Origin: Leucoraja ocellata | Lineage: Eukaryota | Length of the DNA stretch: 64,000 nucleotides | Direction of reading: 5' to 3' | Assembly: GCA_036785375.1 (NCBI GenBank) | Contig: JAWMAR010002754.1 | Span: 1 to 64,000, forward strand | In this document: positions 36,725 through 50,154 of the stretch, piece after piece | How the letters are laid out: the number at the start of each line of letters is the position of its first letter | How positions within the stretch are numbered: position 1 is the stretch's first letter | Translations under genes and position numbers: made by a program | Notes under the pieces: generated by a model | The model's database searches: none | The model's input: the letters and a program-made list of their open reading frames with translations, nothing else | What the model was told of the DNA's origin: nothing

Positions 36725-39700
36725 GAATAGACAATAGACAATAGGGGCAGGAGTAGGCCATTCGACCCTTCGAGCCAGCACCGCCATTCAATGTGATCAT
36801 GGCTGATCATCCACAATCAGTACCCCGTTCCTGCCTTCTCCCCATATCATAGAAACATGGAAACATAGAAGATAGGTGCAGGAGTAGGCCATTCGGCCCT
36901 TCGAGTCTCACCGCCATTCAATATGATCATGGCTGATCATCCAACTCAGTAATCTGTACCTGCCTTCTCTACATACCCCTGATCCCTTTAGCCACAAGGG
37001 CCACATCTAACTCCCTCTTAAATATAGCCAATGAACAGGCCTCAACTACCTTCTGCGGCAGAGAATTCCAGAGATTCACCACTCTCTGTGTGAAAAAGGT
37101 TTTCCTCATCTCGGTCCTAAAAGATTTCCCCCTTATCCTTAAATTGTGACCCCTTGTTCTGGACTTCCCCAACATCGGGAACAATCTTCCTGCACCTAGC
37201 CTGTCCAACCCCTTAAGAATTTTGTAAGTTTCTATAAGATCCCCCCTCAATCGTCTAAATTCTACCGAGTCCATCCAGTCTTTCTTCATATGAAAGTCCT
37301 GACATCCCAGGAATCAGTCTGGTGAACCTTCTCTGTACTCCCTCTGCCTCCGCTCCGAATATCCCCTGACTCCGCTATTTTTAAGAGCCATATCTGGCTC
37401 TCTCTTGAAAGCATCCAGAGAACCGGCCTCCATCGCCCTCTGAGGCAGAGATTTCCACAGACTCGCAACTTTCTGTGAGAAAAAATGATTCCTCGTCTCC
37501 GTTCTAAATGGCTTAGCCCTTATTCTTAAACTGTGTGTGGCCCCTGGCTCTGGGAACAAAATTGGAAGTTTATTTCCAACTAAATAAAGGTGAAAATGTG
37601 TTTTATGAATCTTTGATAGGTTTCTTTCAGCTCCACCCCGATTCCAACGCTTTTTCGCGCAGGTCTGGGGGGGGTGGTTCCCGTATCGATCGCATGTACA
37701 TCTCCGGAACTTATGTGTCTCGTGTCTCGTGGCCTCTGTGCCGCAATGAAGAAAGTAAATGACATGTTGGCCTTCTTAGCTAGAGGAATTGAGTATAGAA
37801 GCAAAGAGGTCATACAGCAGTTGTCCCAGGCCCTGTTGAGACCGCACCTGGAGTATTGTGTGCAATTTTAGTCTCCTATTTTGAGAAAAGAAGTTCGTGC
37901 TAGTGAGGGATTGCAACGTATGTTCACCAGGTTTATTTTCGTGATGGCAGGACGGACATATAATGAAGGAATGGATCGACTGGGCTTATAATCACTGGAA
38001 TTTAGAATGATGAGAGGGGATCTTATAAAAACATATAACATTCTTGAGAGATTGGACAGGCCACATGCAAGAAAAATGCTCCCGATGTGGGGGAAGTCTA
38101 GAACTATGGGTCACAGTAGATGAATAAAGGTGAGGTCATTTAGGACGGAGATGAGGAAAACGCTTTTAACCCTGTATGTTGTGAATATGTGGAATTCGCT
38201 GTCACAGAAGGGAGTGGATTCCAATTTTCTGGATGGTTTCAATAAATAATTACCTATAGTTCTTAAGATAAATGGACATGGGGAGAAAGCAGAACGGGGT
38301 ATTGATTTCGGATGATGCCGGTTCGAAGGCCGGAATGGCCTATTCCTGCACTTATTTCCCCTGTTTCTTTGTATTTGTTTCTATAACCTGTGACACCCGT
38401 ACTGATCAAGAATCTATTGATACCTGCCTAAAGGGTTAAGGGGGGACTTGATGGAGATCTTTAAAATGATGAGAGGGATAGACAGAGTTGACGTGGATAA
38501 GCTTTTCCCACTGAGAGTAGGGAAGATTCAAACAAGGGGACATGACTTGAGAATTAAGCGACATAAGTTTAGGGGTAACATGAGGGGGAACTTCTTTACT
38601 CAGAGAGTGGGGGCTGTGTGGAATGAGCTTCCAGTGAAGGTGGTGGAGGCAGGTTCGCTTTTATCATTTAAAAATAAATTGGATAGTTATATGGACGGGA
38701 AAGGAATGGAGGGTCATGGTCTGAACGCAGGTGTATGGGACGAGGGGAGAATACGTGTTCGGCACGGACTAGAAGGGTCGAGATGGCCTGTTTCCGTGCT
38801 GTAATTGTTATATGGTTATATGGTTTATATGGTTAAATATATCCACCGACTTTGGCTCCACAGCCTTCTGTGGCAAAAATTCCCCCAGATTCATCACCCT
38901 CTTAGTTAATGGTTAATGATTAATCTTTAATGTTCATAGTTTAGTGAATTTCCTACGCTCAAGTGAGATTTGCGAATTTTCTCAAGATTATAAGATTTTT
39001 GTTTTAGGTTTTTGGGTTAGGCTTCTTTTATTTGCATTGGTTATTTCTTAATCAAAGGATGAACTTTGGCTATTGTTTATCCTGGTCCTCGTCTGTGTCG
39101 GTAATGGTGCAAATATATTTGCCAAGGCCCCTGCAAGCTTTCCCCTCTTTCATTAACCTACGATAGATCCCAACGAGAACCGAATATTCATCTACAATGC
39201 ACTTCAAGAACCATATCCCCGACTGCTCCTTGATCTAAAAAATGCCAATATATTGATCAATCTCCCCACAGTTCTCGCTATGCCCCATGTCTACATCATT
39301 CGTGAATATCGATGCAAAGTTTTAATTCTGTACAGTACATAGAAACATAAACACATAAAAAATAGGTGCAGTAGTGGGCCATTCGGCCCTTCGATCCTGC
39401 ACGGTCATTCAATATGATCATGGCTGATCATCCAACTCAGTATCCTGTACCTGCCTTCTCTCCATACCCACTGATACGTTTATCCACAAGGGCCACATCT
39501 AACTCCCTCTTAAATATAGCCAATGAACTGACCTCAACTACCTTATGTGACAGAGAATTCCAGAGATTCACCACTCTCTGTGTAAAAAATGTTTTTTTCA
39601 TCTCGATCCTAAAACATTTTCCCCTTATCCTTAATCTGTGACCCCTTGTTCTGGACTTCCCCAACATCGGGAATAACCTTCCTGCGTCTAGCCTGTCCAA

Positions 39701-39750
39701 CCCATTAAGAATTTTGTAAGTTTTTATAAGATCCCCCCTCAATCTTCAAA
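36725..39750. mobile_element. Nested CR1 LINE 3' fragments (at least two subfamilies) plus an L1/Tx1-like endonuclease remnant (~37630-37730)
   Basis: CR1 C-termini with (CATAGAAA)n, (GACAATA)n and (TATATGGT)n tails; SRIDRMYIS motif. Confidence 0.8.
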
Positions 39751-41044
39751 ATGCTTGCGAGTTCAAGAATTTAGAATATTGAGGGGGGGTTGGGGTGGGG
39801 GGGGGGGGGGGGTCTTATACCTACATTCTCTCACCTCAAGCATAAATTACATTCTTAACCTTCGATCGACTCTAACTTCGCCTTGGTTACTTCTTGTTTT
39901 TTTTTTTAATGTACCCGTTAAAAATCCCTGGAGACGTTTCGGGTCCCACTCGCCAACAACAGTTCATGGCCCCTTTTAGCTTGATTAATTTCCAGTTATT
40001 TTTACCTGCTTGGTATATTCCTCAAAGGGCTCATCTGAATTAATCTTTTGAAACCTTAAACAAGCTTCGCTTTTTCATTTTGACCAAATTTGCAACTCCC
40101 ATTAAAATTTAAAGACTGATTACCTCGCCATCCTTATCTCTCCCACCTGACCAGAATATGACGATCAGCTCGATTTTAAAACAATCCAAATCGTTAGATG
40201 TTGACATACCAACTAAACACCGCTTTCAAATTGTTCTGACCCAATTATGCTGCTACTTTCCTTATGGCAAATCGCTATCATCCATCACACCACATTTTCT
40301 CCATTCTGCCATCTGGGAAGAGTTACAGGAACATCAGCTGCAAAACCAGCAGGATGCTACACAGCTTCTTTCCACAGGGAAGAATACTGGTTAACGGACT
40401 GTGTCCCCTCCCCATATATCATACACTAACACATCTAACCTCGCTCATACTTTGACGGCTAGGCACCTGTCAAAGCAAAGCCACAGTTCGGTCTGAATGT
40501 CTGTTTTTATTTTAATTTTTAGGCCTATTTTAGATATGGTAATTTTAATTTTAAACCTAGATGTATTTATTCCTATTAATTAACTGCACTGACGGGAACT
40601 GATTGAGAAACATTTTTTTCCGTTTCTTCTGTGTATGTAAGTACTCAGTTAAAATGACATTAAAGTAAATACTGAACACTGAATATTGAAATACTGAATT
40701 TCAGCGAAATTGTTGCTCATTCGATTCAAGACACAACAATAGTGGACAATATTTGATTTCATTGGAAGCGACACCTGCTTATGTTACAGAGGTCACACAG
40801 AAATTGAACCGAGCACGAGGTGTAATATCATTAAATATCATTCATCAGATAGCGGAGTCAGTGTATATGGGGAGAGTGCATGAACGGTGTTCTGATTGGC
40901 GATGATCGGCCATGATCACATTGAACGGCGGTGTAGGCTCGAAGGGCCGAATGTCCTACTCCTGACCCATTGTCGATAAATGTTAGCGAGATTACAACCC
41001 TTTCGCGTCGCGTCGCGTCGCGCCGACTGTTGCTGCCAGTTCAA

Positions 41045-41435
41045 AAACTTACAAAATTCTTAAGGGGTTGGACAGGCTAGATGCAGGAAGATTGGTCCCG
41101 ATGTTGGTGAAGTCCAGGACAAGGGGTCACAGCTTAAGGATAAGGGGGCAATCCTTTAAAACCGAGATGAGAAGAACTTTTTTTCACCCAGAGAGTGGTG
41201 AATCTCTGGAACTCTCTGCCGCAGAGGGTAGTCGAGGCCAGTTCATTGGCTATATTTAAGAGGGAGTTAGATGCGGCCCTTGTGGCTAAGGGGATCAGAG
41301 GGTATGGAGAGAAGGCAGGTACGGGATACTGAGTTGGATGATCAGCCATGATCATATTGAATGGCGGTGCAGGCTCGAAGGGCCGAATGGCCTACTCCTG
41401 CATCTAATTTCTATGTGTCTATGTTTCTATGTTTC
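41045..41435 (+). mobile_element. CR1 LINE 3' fragment
   Basis: LDRLDAGRL..SRTRGHSLRI and (TTTCTATG)n tail. Confidence 0.88.
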
Positions 41436-41562
41436 ACAGTACTCATCATTCAGAACCTAGACCGTGTAGCTAAAAATAAAATAAAAACACAACTCCTGCT
41501 CCGTTGGCAATTAACTTTCCACTTGTTTATTAGGAATCCGAGACAAGATATTTCAGTCGTTC

Positions 41563-42473
41563 CTATTGTTTGAATCGATTGCAAATTGCCTCGAAGGGAC
41601 ATTTGACCAGATTCTTCAACTGTTCTCTGAATTTAGCCTGAGTACCCGCATAAATGCACGTGTTGGTGCATGAACTGAGAAGTTCCATCATGTAACCGCT
41701 TTCTTGCAGTATGAACATTGGGTTGGTGGAATTGGAATTGTTCGCATAATTTTTGATGAAAAATTGCACCATTACAAAATTCACAACATTGGTCAATCGC
41801 AAGACCAGGAAGCTGCCCGAAATGGCGAATAGTATAATAATGGACTTTCTCCTGCTCTCCATCTCTGGGTCATTCTGTTTATCTCCATGGCTCTGAGCTC
41901 GCAATCTCTTGCGGGCGCTGCTGGCCGCTAGAATGTGCCTGACCGTGAAAACATTGAGAAGCAAAATGAGCACGAACGGTACGCATGGGTTTACCATGTA
42001 GAGTAGCCAGTCATATATCGTCCATGCAAGTGAAGTATAATAGACATCCTTTATGCTGCAGTACCAAGGTATATTATCCAACACATACGCAGGTTCATAT
42101 GTAAAAAAGAAAGGTACGTTTTTTACACAGTACAACACACACACCGTTCCGATGACGCCAGTCGCTATTTTCTCCGTGCAATATCGGACTTTCAGATGCG
42201 GGCAGCAAATGGCGATGAATCGATCGAAGGTGAACGCCACCGTTAATCAGGCGGAAGTGTCCTTGGAAAACCAACTGAACGCAATAACGAGGCTGCAGCC
42301 GGGAGTGGTGGATAGCAAACTAACGGGGAAATAAAGAGCTCGCAGACGGCTTAATATCACTGCCGCCACGATGACTAGGAAGTCCATCACCGCCATTGAC
42401 AACAGATATCGGCTGATACATTTGGAGAGCCCGCATCTTCCCTGTGCTAGTATCACAGTCGTCATCAAATTAG
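41563..42473 (-). pseudogene. Divergent GPR139-like GPCR exon 2 with an in-frame nonsense codon
   Basis: Acceptor ccacag|CT AAT (ANLMTTVILAQGRCGLSKCI). TGA at 42247-42249 replaces the conserved Trp of SVW-TVAFTFDRF; the rest of the frame is open. Exon 1 not located. Confidence 0.8.
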
Positions 42474-43431
42474 CTGTGGACAGAGGGAGACAGATTGTGA
42501 GTAGTGATAAAACGAATCTCTCAAGCCTCGTCACCCCCTAGTTTTCGGTCAGTATATGTGTATTTTCTTTAAGTATCCATTCAAGAACGTTCTATGTCAA
42601 TGAAGTAAATTTACTTAACGTAAATAACTTAATTAAATTGTATTTAAGTATGTAAGTATTTTCTGGGGAAAGTATTCGTTAATGTGGCCCTTTTTCAATG
42701 GATACCTGTTTGCTGACGCGATCATGCAGCTACGTTAATAACTCAATGGAAACCTTTTTCCTTTGCATGTTTCGTTCATTTTAGACACGGATTTCTGGAA
42801 TGACTAGGCGGGGCGGGCAGCGTCTCTGGAAAGATGGAATGGGTGATGTTTCGAGTCGAGACCCTTCTTCGGATTGCAAAGGCGAAACGGATATTGATCT
42901 GTGTTTTAGAAGGAACTACAGATGCTGGAAAATCGAAGGTAGACAAAAATGCTGGAGGAACTCAGCGGGTGCTGCAGCATCTATGGTGCGAAGGAAATAG
43001 GCAACGTTTCGAGCCGAAACTCTTCTTCAGTATTGATCTGATCGTTTTCAAGTGCCGAATTATGTTAAACATAAAACTCGGGTAGTTGCAATATCTCATC
43101 AAGTGCGTGCCACAGTTTATTTTAGAAACACAGCGGGCAATCAGAACCTTCGGCCCACGAAATCCGCGCCTTCCAGTGATCGCCGAGCAGCAGCAATATA
43201 GCACACATATGGGACAAGTTAACATTTTTGCCGAAGCCATCACACTAGAAACTTGTACAACCCACTTCGAATGTGGGTGGAAGCCGGAGCTCCCGGAAAA
43301 AAACCCACGCAGTCACGGTAAAACCTACAAACACGGTACAGACTGCACCACGAGACAGGATCGAACCCGGGTCTCTGGCGCTGTAAGGCAGGAGGGCCAA
43401 CGGCCCGCCGCGAAAATAAGGTAATAGCTTT

Positions 43432-43504
43432 GAATGACCGGGATTTGCACCTGAACATGTATTGGATCTTAAAGCCAACGCCTTAACCACTCAGCCACCC
43501 TGCT
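43432..43504 (-). pseudogene. tRNA-Leu(UAA)-derived relic
   Basis: AGCAGGGTGGCTGAGTGGTTAAGGCGTTGGCTTTAAGATCCAAT resembles the 5' half and anticodon arm of vertebrate tRNA-Leu-TAA. T-arm (GGTGCAAATCC) and acceptor stem are degenerate. Confidence 0.6.
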
Positions 43505-45469
43505 CTGCCGATTCACCATTTACCGCAGAACGGATGATTTACACTAACCTGTCAGGAAGTAAGCATACATGGGCAGAAGAAATACATTGGAAGACACTGG
43601 AAGGCTGGCATTAAACATAATCCAGACATTGTCGGGATGCGTTCGGGACAGAGTTAGATAGATTTCTTGGGGCTAATGGTATGGAGCAGTGTTGGTGGTG
43701 GTGGTGGGGGGGGGGGGGGGGGTGTGGCAGGAGCGGGGGAGTGATTGTGGATGTTCAGCCATGATCGCGGTGAGAGGCGGTGCTGACTTGAAGGTCCGAA
43801 TGGCCCACTACTGCACTTAATGTCTATTGTCGAATAACAATGTTCCAAGAAAAATGACTATACTGAAATTCGCTTTAAAGGAAGGTACACACAAATGATG
43901 GACAAACTCAGCGGGCGCAGCAGCATCTATGGAGCGAAGGAAATATGCTACACAAAAATACTCGAGAGGAACTCACAGAACGAGCAAGATAGAAGCGGAT
44001 AACGTTTCAAGTGAAATCAACATAGTGCATATTTCCCCAATCGGATAGAAGTCCCAAACTATCTGAAACATCAATGCAGCGGCTCACAGAGAGGCGGATG
44101 GTATCTGTGGATTTGTTAAGGACTGTCAGAGCCGGCAATTGCAAATGAACAGAGATAGGTTCACCCATTGCCTGTGGGTGTTTTAGGGAGTCATTCTGGA
44201 TTGATTTTCAAAGGAGTCAACAGAAACATTTGAACATCTCAGTTAAACATTTCATTGCAAAAGTGGGAATCCAGGCAGGACTGTTCTCGTCAAAGAACCA
44301 GTAACTTGGACCAACGCAATCGTTCATAATAAAATTCATGACGATTTAAAGCGATGCAATCATTCCCAATCATAATCTGTTAACGAACCGAAATACAAAT
44401 GTAAGTTTTCAAAGAGAACGCGTTCTGCTCATGAACATCGAGCACAACCTGAAATGAGCATTTGTGCTTTTCCTTTTTGCAGCATCCTTGAAATGTAACG
44501 CATAGACGATGTGAATAGTTTTATACGTATACAACGTATATTGACAAATACATTCTCATTCTGGTTGCTAATTGCGCGAAGTATGATTGATGAAATATAA
44601 ACCAAGAAGCAAATAGTCGCAAACTGTACACAGTAACCGTGGCCCCGAGAGCATCTACGGAGAGGGAAAAACGAGACTTATATAAAATTAATAACCGATT
44701 AAAACAACGTCTTCTTGCACAACGTTCGTTATAGAGACAGTATTGCTGTCATTTTATAATACAAAACGTTCATATTTTTATGCTGCTCACTCTCGGGCGT
44801 AGAATGAATCAGGAGGGCATAAGACAAATGAACAAAAAACAAGAATATCATAATTTTAATAATTATAATAAGATTACTTTAAGATTACTTAAGATTAGCT
44901 TAGTATGTTTTGCAACATATGAGAAATGTGATTACCCTTATAGTGATACTAATAAAAAGCAACCGAACACACGAAATATATTTTGACATAAACATCCACC
45001 ACGGTGACTCCTCCACATTCCTCACTGTTTTGGAAGGTGAAAAATGTTCAATCTCAATCCTTGTTTGTCCTCCACCTGTCGGGAGCCTCTAACATTCCGT
45101 TTACGGGACGATCTTGACTCTCGTGGCCGGCGGCGGGCCTGCTCGTCGGGGCGATCAAGCTCATGCATCGGGGGGTGTCAGCTCCCCGCGCTGGGCGATC
45201 TGACCGCGGGTCGGAGTTTGTACAACGTCGTGTGGCTTTTGGAGCCACCGTTGTAGCTCTCAACCCCAGACCACGTGCTCCGGATGTTAAATCCACAGGC
45301 CGCGGTTGGAGCGTCGATCCAAGGCAAGGGATTGGCTCCGATGTCAAGTCGATGATCCGCGGTGGGGTTCAAAGTCAATCCCGAGATAGGCCTCCAGCCC
45401 CACGATGTTTGGCCGCAGAGCAACCGGAGATACGACCCGGAAAATAATCGCATCTCCGGCAAGGTGATA

Positions 45470-46100
45470 GAACCATAGAAACATAGAAAATAGGTGCAGC
45501 AGTAGGCCATTCGCCCTTCGACCCATCTCCGCCATTCAATATGATCACGGCTGATCAACCCACTCAGTCTCCCGTACCTGCCTTCTCTCCGTACCCCCTG
45601 ATCCCCCCAGCCACAAGGGCCACATCCAACTCCCTCTTAAATATAGCCAATTAACTGGCCTCAACTACCCTCTGTGGCAGAGAGTTCCAGAGATTCACCA
45701 CTGTCTGTGTGAAAAATGTTCTTCATAAATAATCTCGGTCTTAAAGGAATTTCCCCCTTATCCTTAAGTTGTGATCCCATGTCCTGGACTTCCCCAACAT
45801 CGGGAACAATCTTCCTGCATCTAGCCTGTCCAACCCCTTAAGAATTGTGTAAGTTTCTATAAGATCCCCCCTCAATCTCCTAAATAATAGCGAGTATAAG
45901 CCGAGTCTATCCAGTCTTTCTTCATATGAAAGTCCTGACTTCCCAGGAATCAGTCTGGTGAACCTTCTCTGCACTCCCTCTAAAGCAATAATGTCCTTCC
46001 TCAGATTTGGAGACCAAGACTGTACGCAATACTCCAGGTGTGGTCTCACCAAGAGCCTGTGCAACTGCAGTAGAACCTCCCTGCTCCTATACTCATATCC
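45470..46100 (-). mobile_element. CR1 LINE 3' fragment
   Basis: LVRPHLEYCVQSWSP..VQRRFTRLIPG ORF and tail. Confidence 0.88.
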
Positions 46101-46499
46101 GTTTGCTAGGAAATGTAACAAACTGTTCCCCCGTGACCTCCTGCCGAACCCTAACATAAAACAAAGCAGGGAACATTAACACAAACTTTTTCACCATACT
46201 AAAATTAACAAGAAAAAAGACGAAAAGGACAGACGAAACTGCAGGCGAGGCTGACATCAAGGCACCATCCAGTGATATTCATATTATATTTATAATATAA
46301 TTTTATGCATATAATATGATATAATATGATATTGTGATATTCATATTATATTCATATTATGCATATGTATAAGATTAACCTTAAAAATAATAGCCAGTTG
46401 TATTAGAACACCGATCAGGCAGGATTCAGGGCGCGATGTGAAAGCAAATGAGCTTGTGTTCGAAAAGAGTGCGAATTTATAATAATAATTATTATTTAA

Positions 46500-46511
46500 A
46501 AAAAAAAAAAA

Positions 46512-46571
<60 letters not shown>

Positions 46572-46970
46572 TTTATTTATAAAGCACTTTAAACAACTGC
46601 AGTTGCCACAAAGTGCTGTACATGAGAACTCATGGACAAGACGTTATTACAAACCATTAAAAACCGTAAAAAAAGGACTATAAAACAGTAAAAATTAAAA
46701 GACATTAAAAGCACTAAAAACAGGAGCAATGTCTCAGCCAGTGTCGAAAGCCAGAGAATAAAAATGAGTTTTTAGGGTGGATTTGAAGATGGACAGTGAG
46801 GGGGCCTGTCTGATGTGCAACGACAAGGTGTTCCAAAGTGCCGGAGCAGCAACAGAAAAGGCTCTATCTCCTCGGAGCTTCCGCTTAGACCTTGGTACCT
46901 CAAGGAGCAGCTGATCAGCTGACCTGAGGCACCGGGCAGGAGCGTATGGGTGGAGCAGCTCAGAGATATG
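46500..46970 (-). mobile_element. L2-like LINE 3' end with (AAT)n tail microsatellite (46513-46570)
   Basis: LRSADQLLL..PRS...RGDRAFSVAAP.LWN-like remnant on the minus strand, followed by a (TTA)n tail. Confidence 0.7.
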
Positions 46971-47611
46971 ATAAGAAACATGATCAAGTGCATAGTTTTT
47001 AAACGGACGCCGCAGCGATCAAATGGTGAGGATTTGATGATATTACCTTCAATATAATATACGGCGGCCGAAAAAGAAAGAACAAAAAGCACAAATTGCA
47101 GACAACCACTCAAGCATAGCGGTGTTAGTTGTTCACGTGTTCAGCCGCGTAGTTTACCTGGGACCCCGAAGACGGCAAGAGCTGTGTAATATACAGCAAA
47201 AACCGGGCCCTTTCCCGGCGCGTGCATTTTCCGTCAAACACAAAATGAGCATACGCAATACACAACAGTCAAGCTGCAGCCTAAAACATCATCGTTCTAC
47301 TTATACCCGATGTGACTCCCTGGAGCATCAATCAGAGTGCACCATCCTGCCGTTAGTGAATATTAAAGAAGCACAATTTGCTGGGTTAATAGTCTGGCAT
47401 CACATCTGGCGAATTGGGGAAGGCGGTGTTTCCGCTGGGATCATTCTTCTATTCATTATTTTTTTCTGAAAAATAAACCACGTTATTTTCAAGTCCAAAT
47501 TAATAGTTTAAACCGGTGATATCACCCTGTCTTCGGAATGAACATTTATCTCTGTTAATTGCACTTTATCAGTTTATTTATGCACGTGTGTATATATTTA
47601 TATTATGGTAT

Positions 47612-48415
47612 ATAGAAACATAGAAATTAGGTGCAGGAGTAGGCTATTCGGCCATTCGAGCCTGCACCGCCATTCAATATGATCATGGCTGATCACCCAA
47701 CTCAGTATCCCGTACCTGCCTTCTCTCCACACCCCCTGATCCCCTTAGCCACAAGGGCCACATCTAACTCCCTCTTAAGTATAGCCAATGAACTGGCCTC
47801 AACTACCCTCTGTGGCAGAGTTCCAGAGATTCACCACTCTCTGTGTGAAAAAAGTTCTTCTCATCTCGGTTTTAAAGGATTTCCCCCCTTATCCTTAAGC
47901 TGTGACCCCTTGTCCTGGACTTCCCTAACATCGGGAACAATCTTCCTGCATCTAGCCTGTCCAACCCCTTAAGAATTTTGTAAGTTTCTATAAGATCCCC
48001 TCTCAATCTCCTAAATTCTAGAGAGTATAAACCAAGTCTATCCAGTCTTTCTTCATAAGACAGTCCTGACATCCCAGGAATCAGTCTGGTGAACCGTCTC
48101 TGCACTCCCTCTATGGCAATAATGTCCTTCCTCAGATTTGGAGACCATAACTGTACGCAATACTCCAGGTGTAGTCTCACCAAGACCCTGTACAACTGCA
48201 TTAGAACCTCCCTGTTCCTATACTCAAATCATTTTGTAATGAAAGCTAACATACCATTCGCTTTCTTTACTGCCTGCTGCACCTGCATGCCTACCTTCAA
48301 TGACTGGTGTACCATGACACTCAGGTCTCGCTGCATCTCCCCCTTTCCCAATCGGCCACCATTTAGATAATAGTCTGCTTTCCCGTTGATGCCACCAAAA
48401 TGGATAACCTCACAT
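47612..48415 (-). mobile_element. CR1 LINE 3' fragment
   Basis: CEVIHFGG..RDL.VMVHQSLK..LEYCVQLWSP. Confidence 0.9.
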
Positions 48416-50154
48416 GGACACACTGATCTGTTTTGTAGTAAATGCCTACTGTGTTCTGTGTGCTGAAGCAAAGCAAGAATTCAATTGCCCTATCAGGGCC
48501 ACATGGCAATAAACTCACTTGAACATATACCAGGCGTTGTATTAAATGGAATGTATTAAATTTATATGACACGACTTCCACAAGGTTTCTAATAATGTAA
48601 AAGTCATTGAAGAAAGCCCTTCCAATTAACGAGAAGCGAGACTGTCACTGACATCAGCTTGGAATAGACAGCAGTAAGGCAAAAGAACAGACACTTTGGT
48701 CCACAATGGTTCAATGATCAAACGGTACTTCTTTCTCACGTGTATCAAAGTACAGTCAATTTTTTTTTGTCATACAGTTCTGTGACAATCCATTTATAGA
48801 TGAGGAACAATCATAGTAAGAACGAGAATGTAAGATAGTCGAGGGCAATGAGTCAGGACACGTGTTTTAGGCGTCATCTTATGCCTTCATTTTCATAGTT
48901 TTTAAAAAAAAGTGAGTTTTAACGGCCATAAAGCCCATTGTCGTGGTGGCGGCACTGAGCGATGTCTCTGCCGACCCTGATGTCAGTTAAACGCATGACA
49001 TCTGGCCGCGCACAATCGATACTCCTGAATTTCCTACTTGATCAAGAGCCTATCTAAATGCTTCAGAACATTGCGAATGGATCTGCTGTGAAGTACATCC
49101 CACACTCCACGTCAAACCTTGCTCCCGAAATTTCATTTGAACGTTTCCCCAGATTACATTTAACATGCGTTCTCGTGAATACGGCAAACCACTCTGGGGA
49201 AAGGACTATTTCATAATCTGGGACAATATGGTTTGAGCAGTTCGATCCTTAGCCAGTGACAATCCAACTAAAACAATCCACGTTCGTTGCAATATCTTTA
49301 TAGGTGTACAGGGCCCTGGTGAGACCATACCTGAAGTATACTGTGCAGTGTTGGTCTCCAAATGTGAGTATGAACATTCTTGCGATTGAGGGAGTGCGGT
49401 GTAGGTTCCCGGAATGGCGGGACTGTCAGAAGTTGAAAGAATGATGCGACTGGGCATGTACACATTGGAATTTGAAAGGATGAGAGGGCATATAAGTAGA
49501 GCCAGAATTTTGCCATAAAGGCTATGTGCCTTTTCATGCCCTTTTTGATGATTTCACGAAGATAATGCCTTTTCCACATCAGTCTGATGAAGGGACTTGA
49601 CCCGATCGAGTGCCTAAACCAGCCTTTTTTTTGCCGTTTTGCTCAAAGTTCGTGCTACTTTCTCTAATTGTACCGTGATTACAATGACGTTTTCTATGTT
49701 AATGCGTTAATGTTAATGTTATTATTAATGTGTTAACAGAGTATAACTTTCACGACATTTTTCACCACCGGAGCAAAACCTGGAGCGCCACCGTGGGCTG
49801 TTCATTCGATCGAGCCGCTGCCCGCTGGTTCACCGTACTCCAAGATCTATTTAAGAAAGAACTGCAGATGCAGGAAAGATCAAAGGTAGACAAAACAAGG
49901 CTGGATAAACTCAGCGGGTGAGGCAGCATCTATGGAGAGAGGGAATAGGCGACATTTCGGGTCAAGCCCCTTGTTCATACTGATGTGGAAGTGGCGGAGA
50001 CAGTAGGAGTAGAAGGAGAGCTAGGGAAGGGTGACGGGGAGGAGGAAAAGGACAAGCTTGTCTCCTCACTACATTTACTGCTGGCTGCAGTCGTAAATCT
50101 GAGTTTTCGAATAAACTCAGCGTGGAATTGGAAACTATATTTAGATGTTAGGGC

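Noticed and set aside
44625-44680. J-like GATVTV peptide after a splice acceptor on the minus strand
   Set aside because: No GxG motif, RSS or downstream splice donor.
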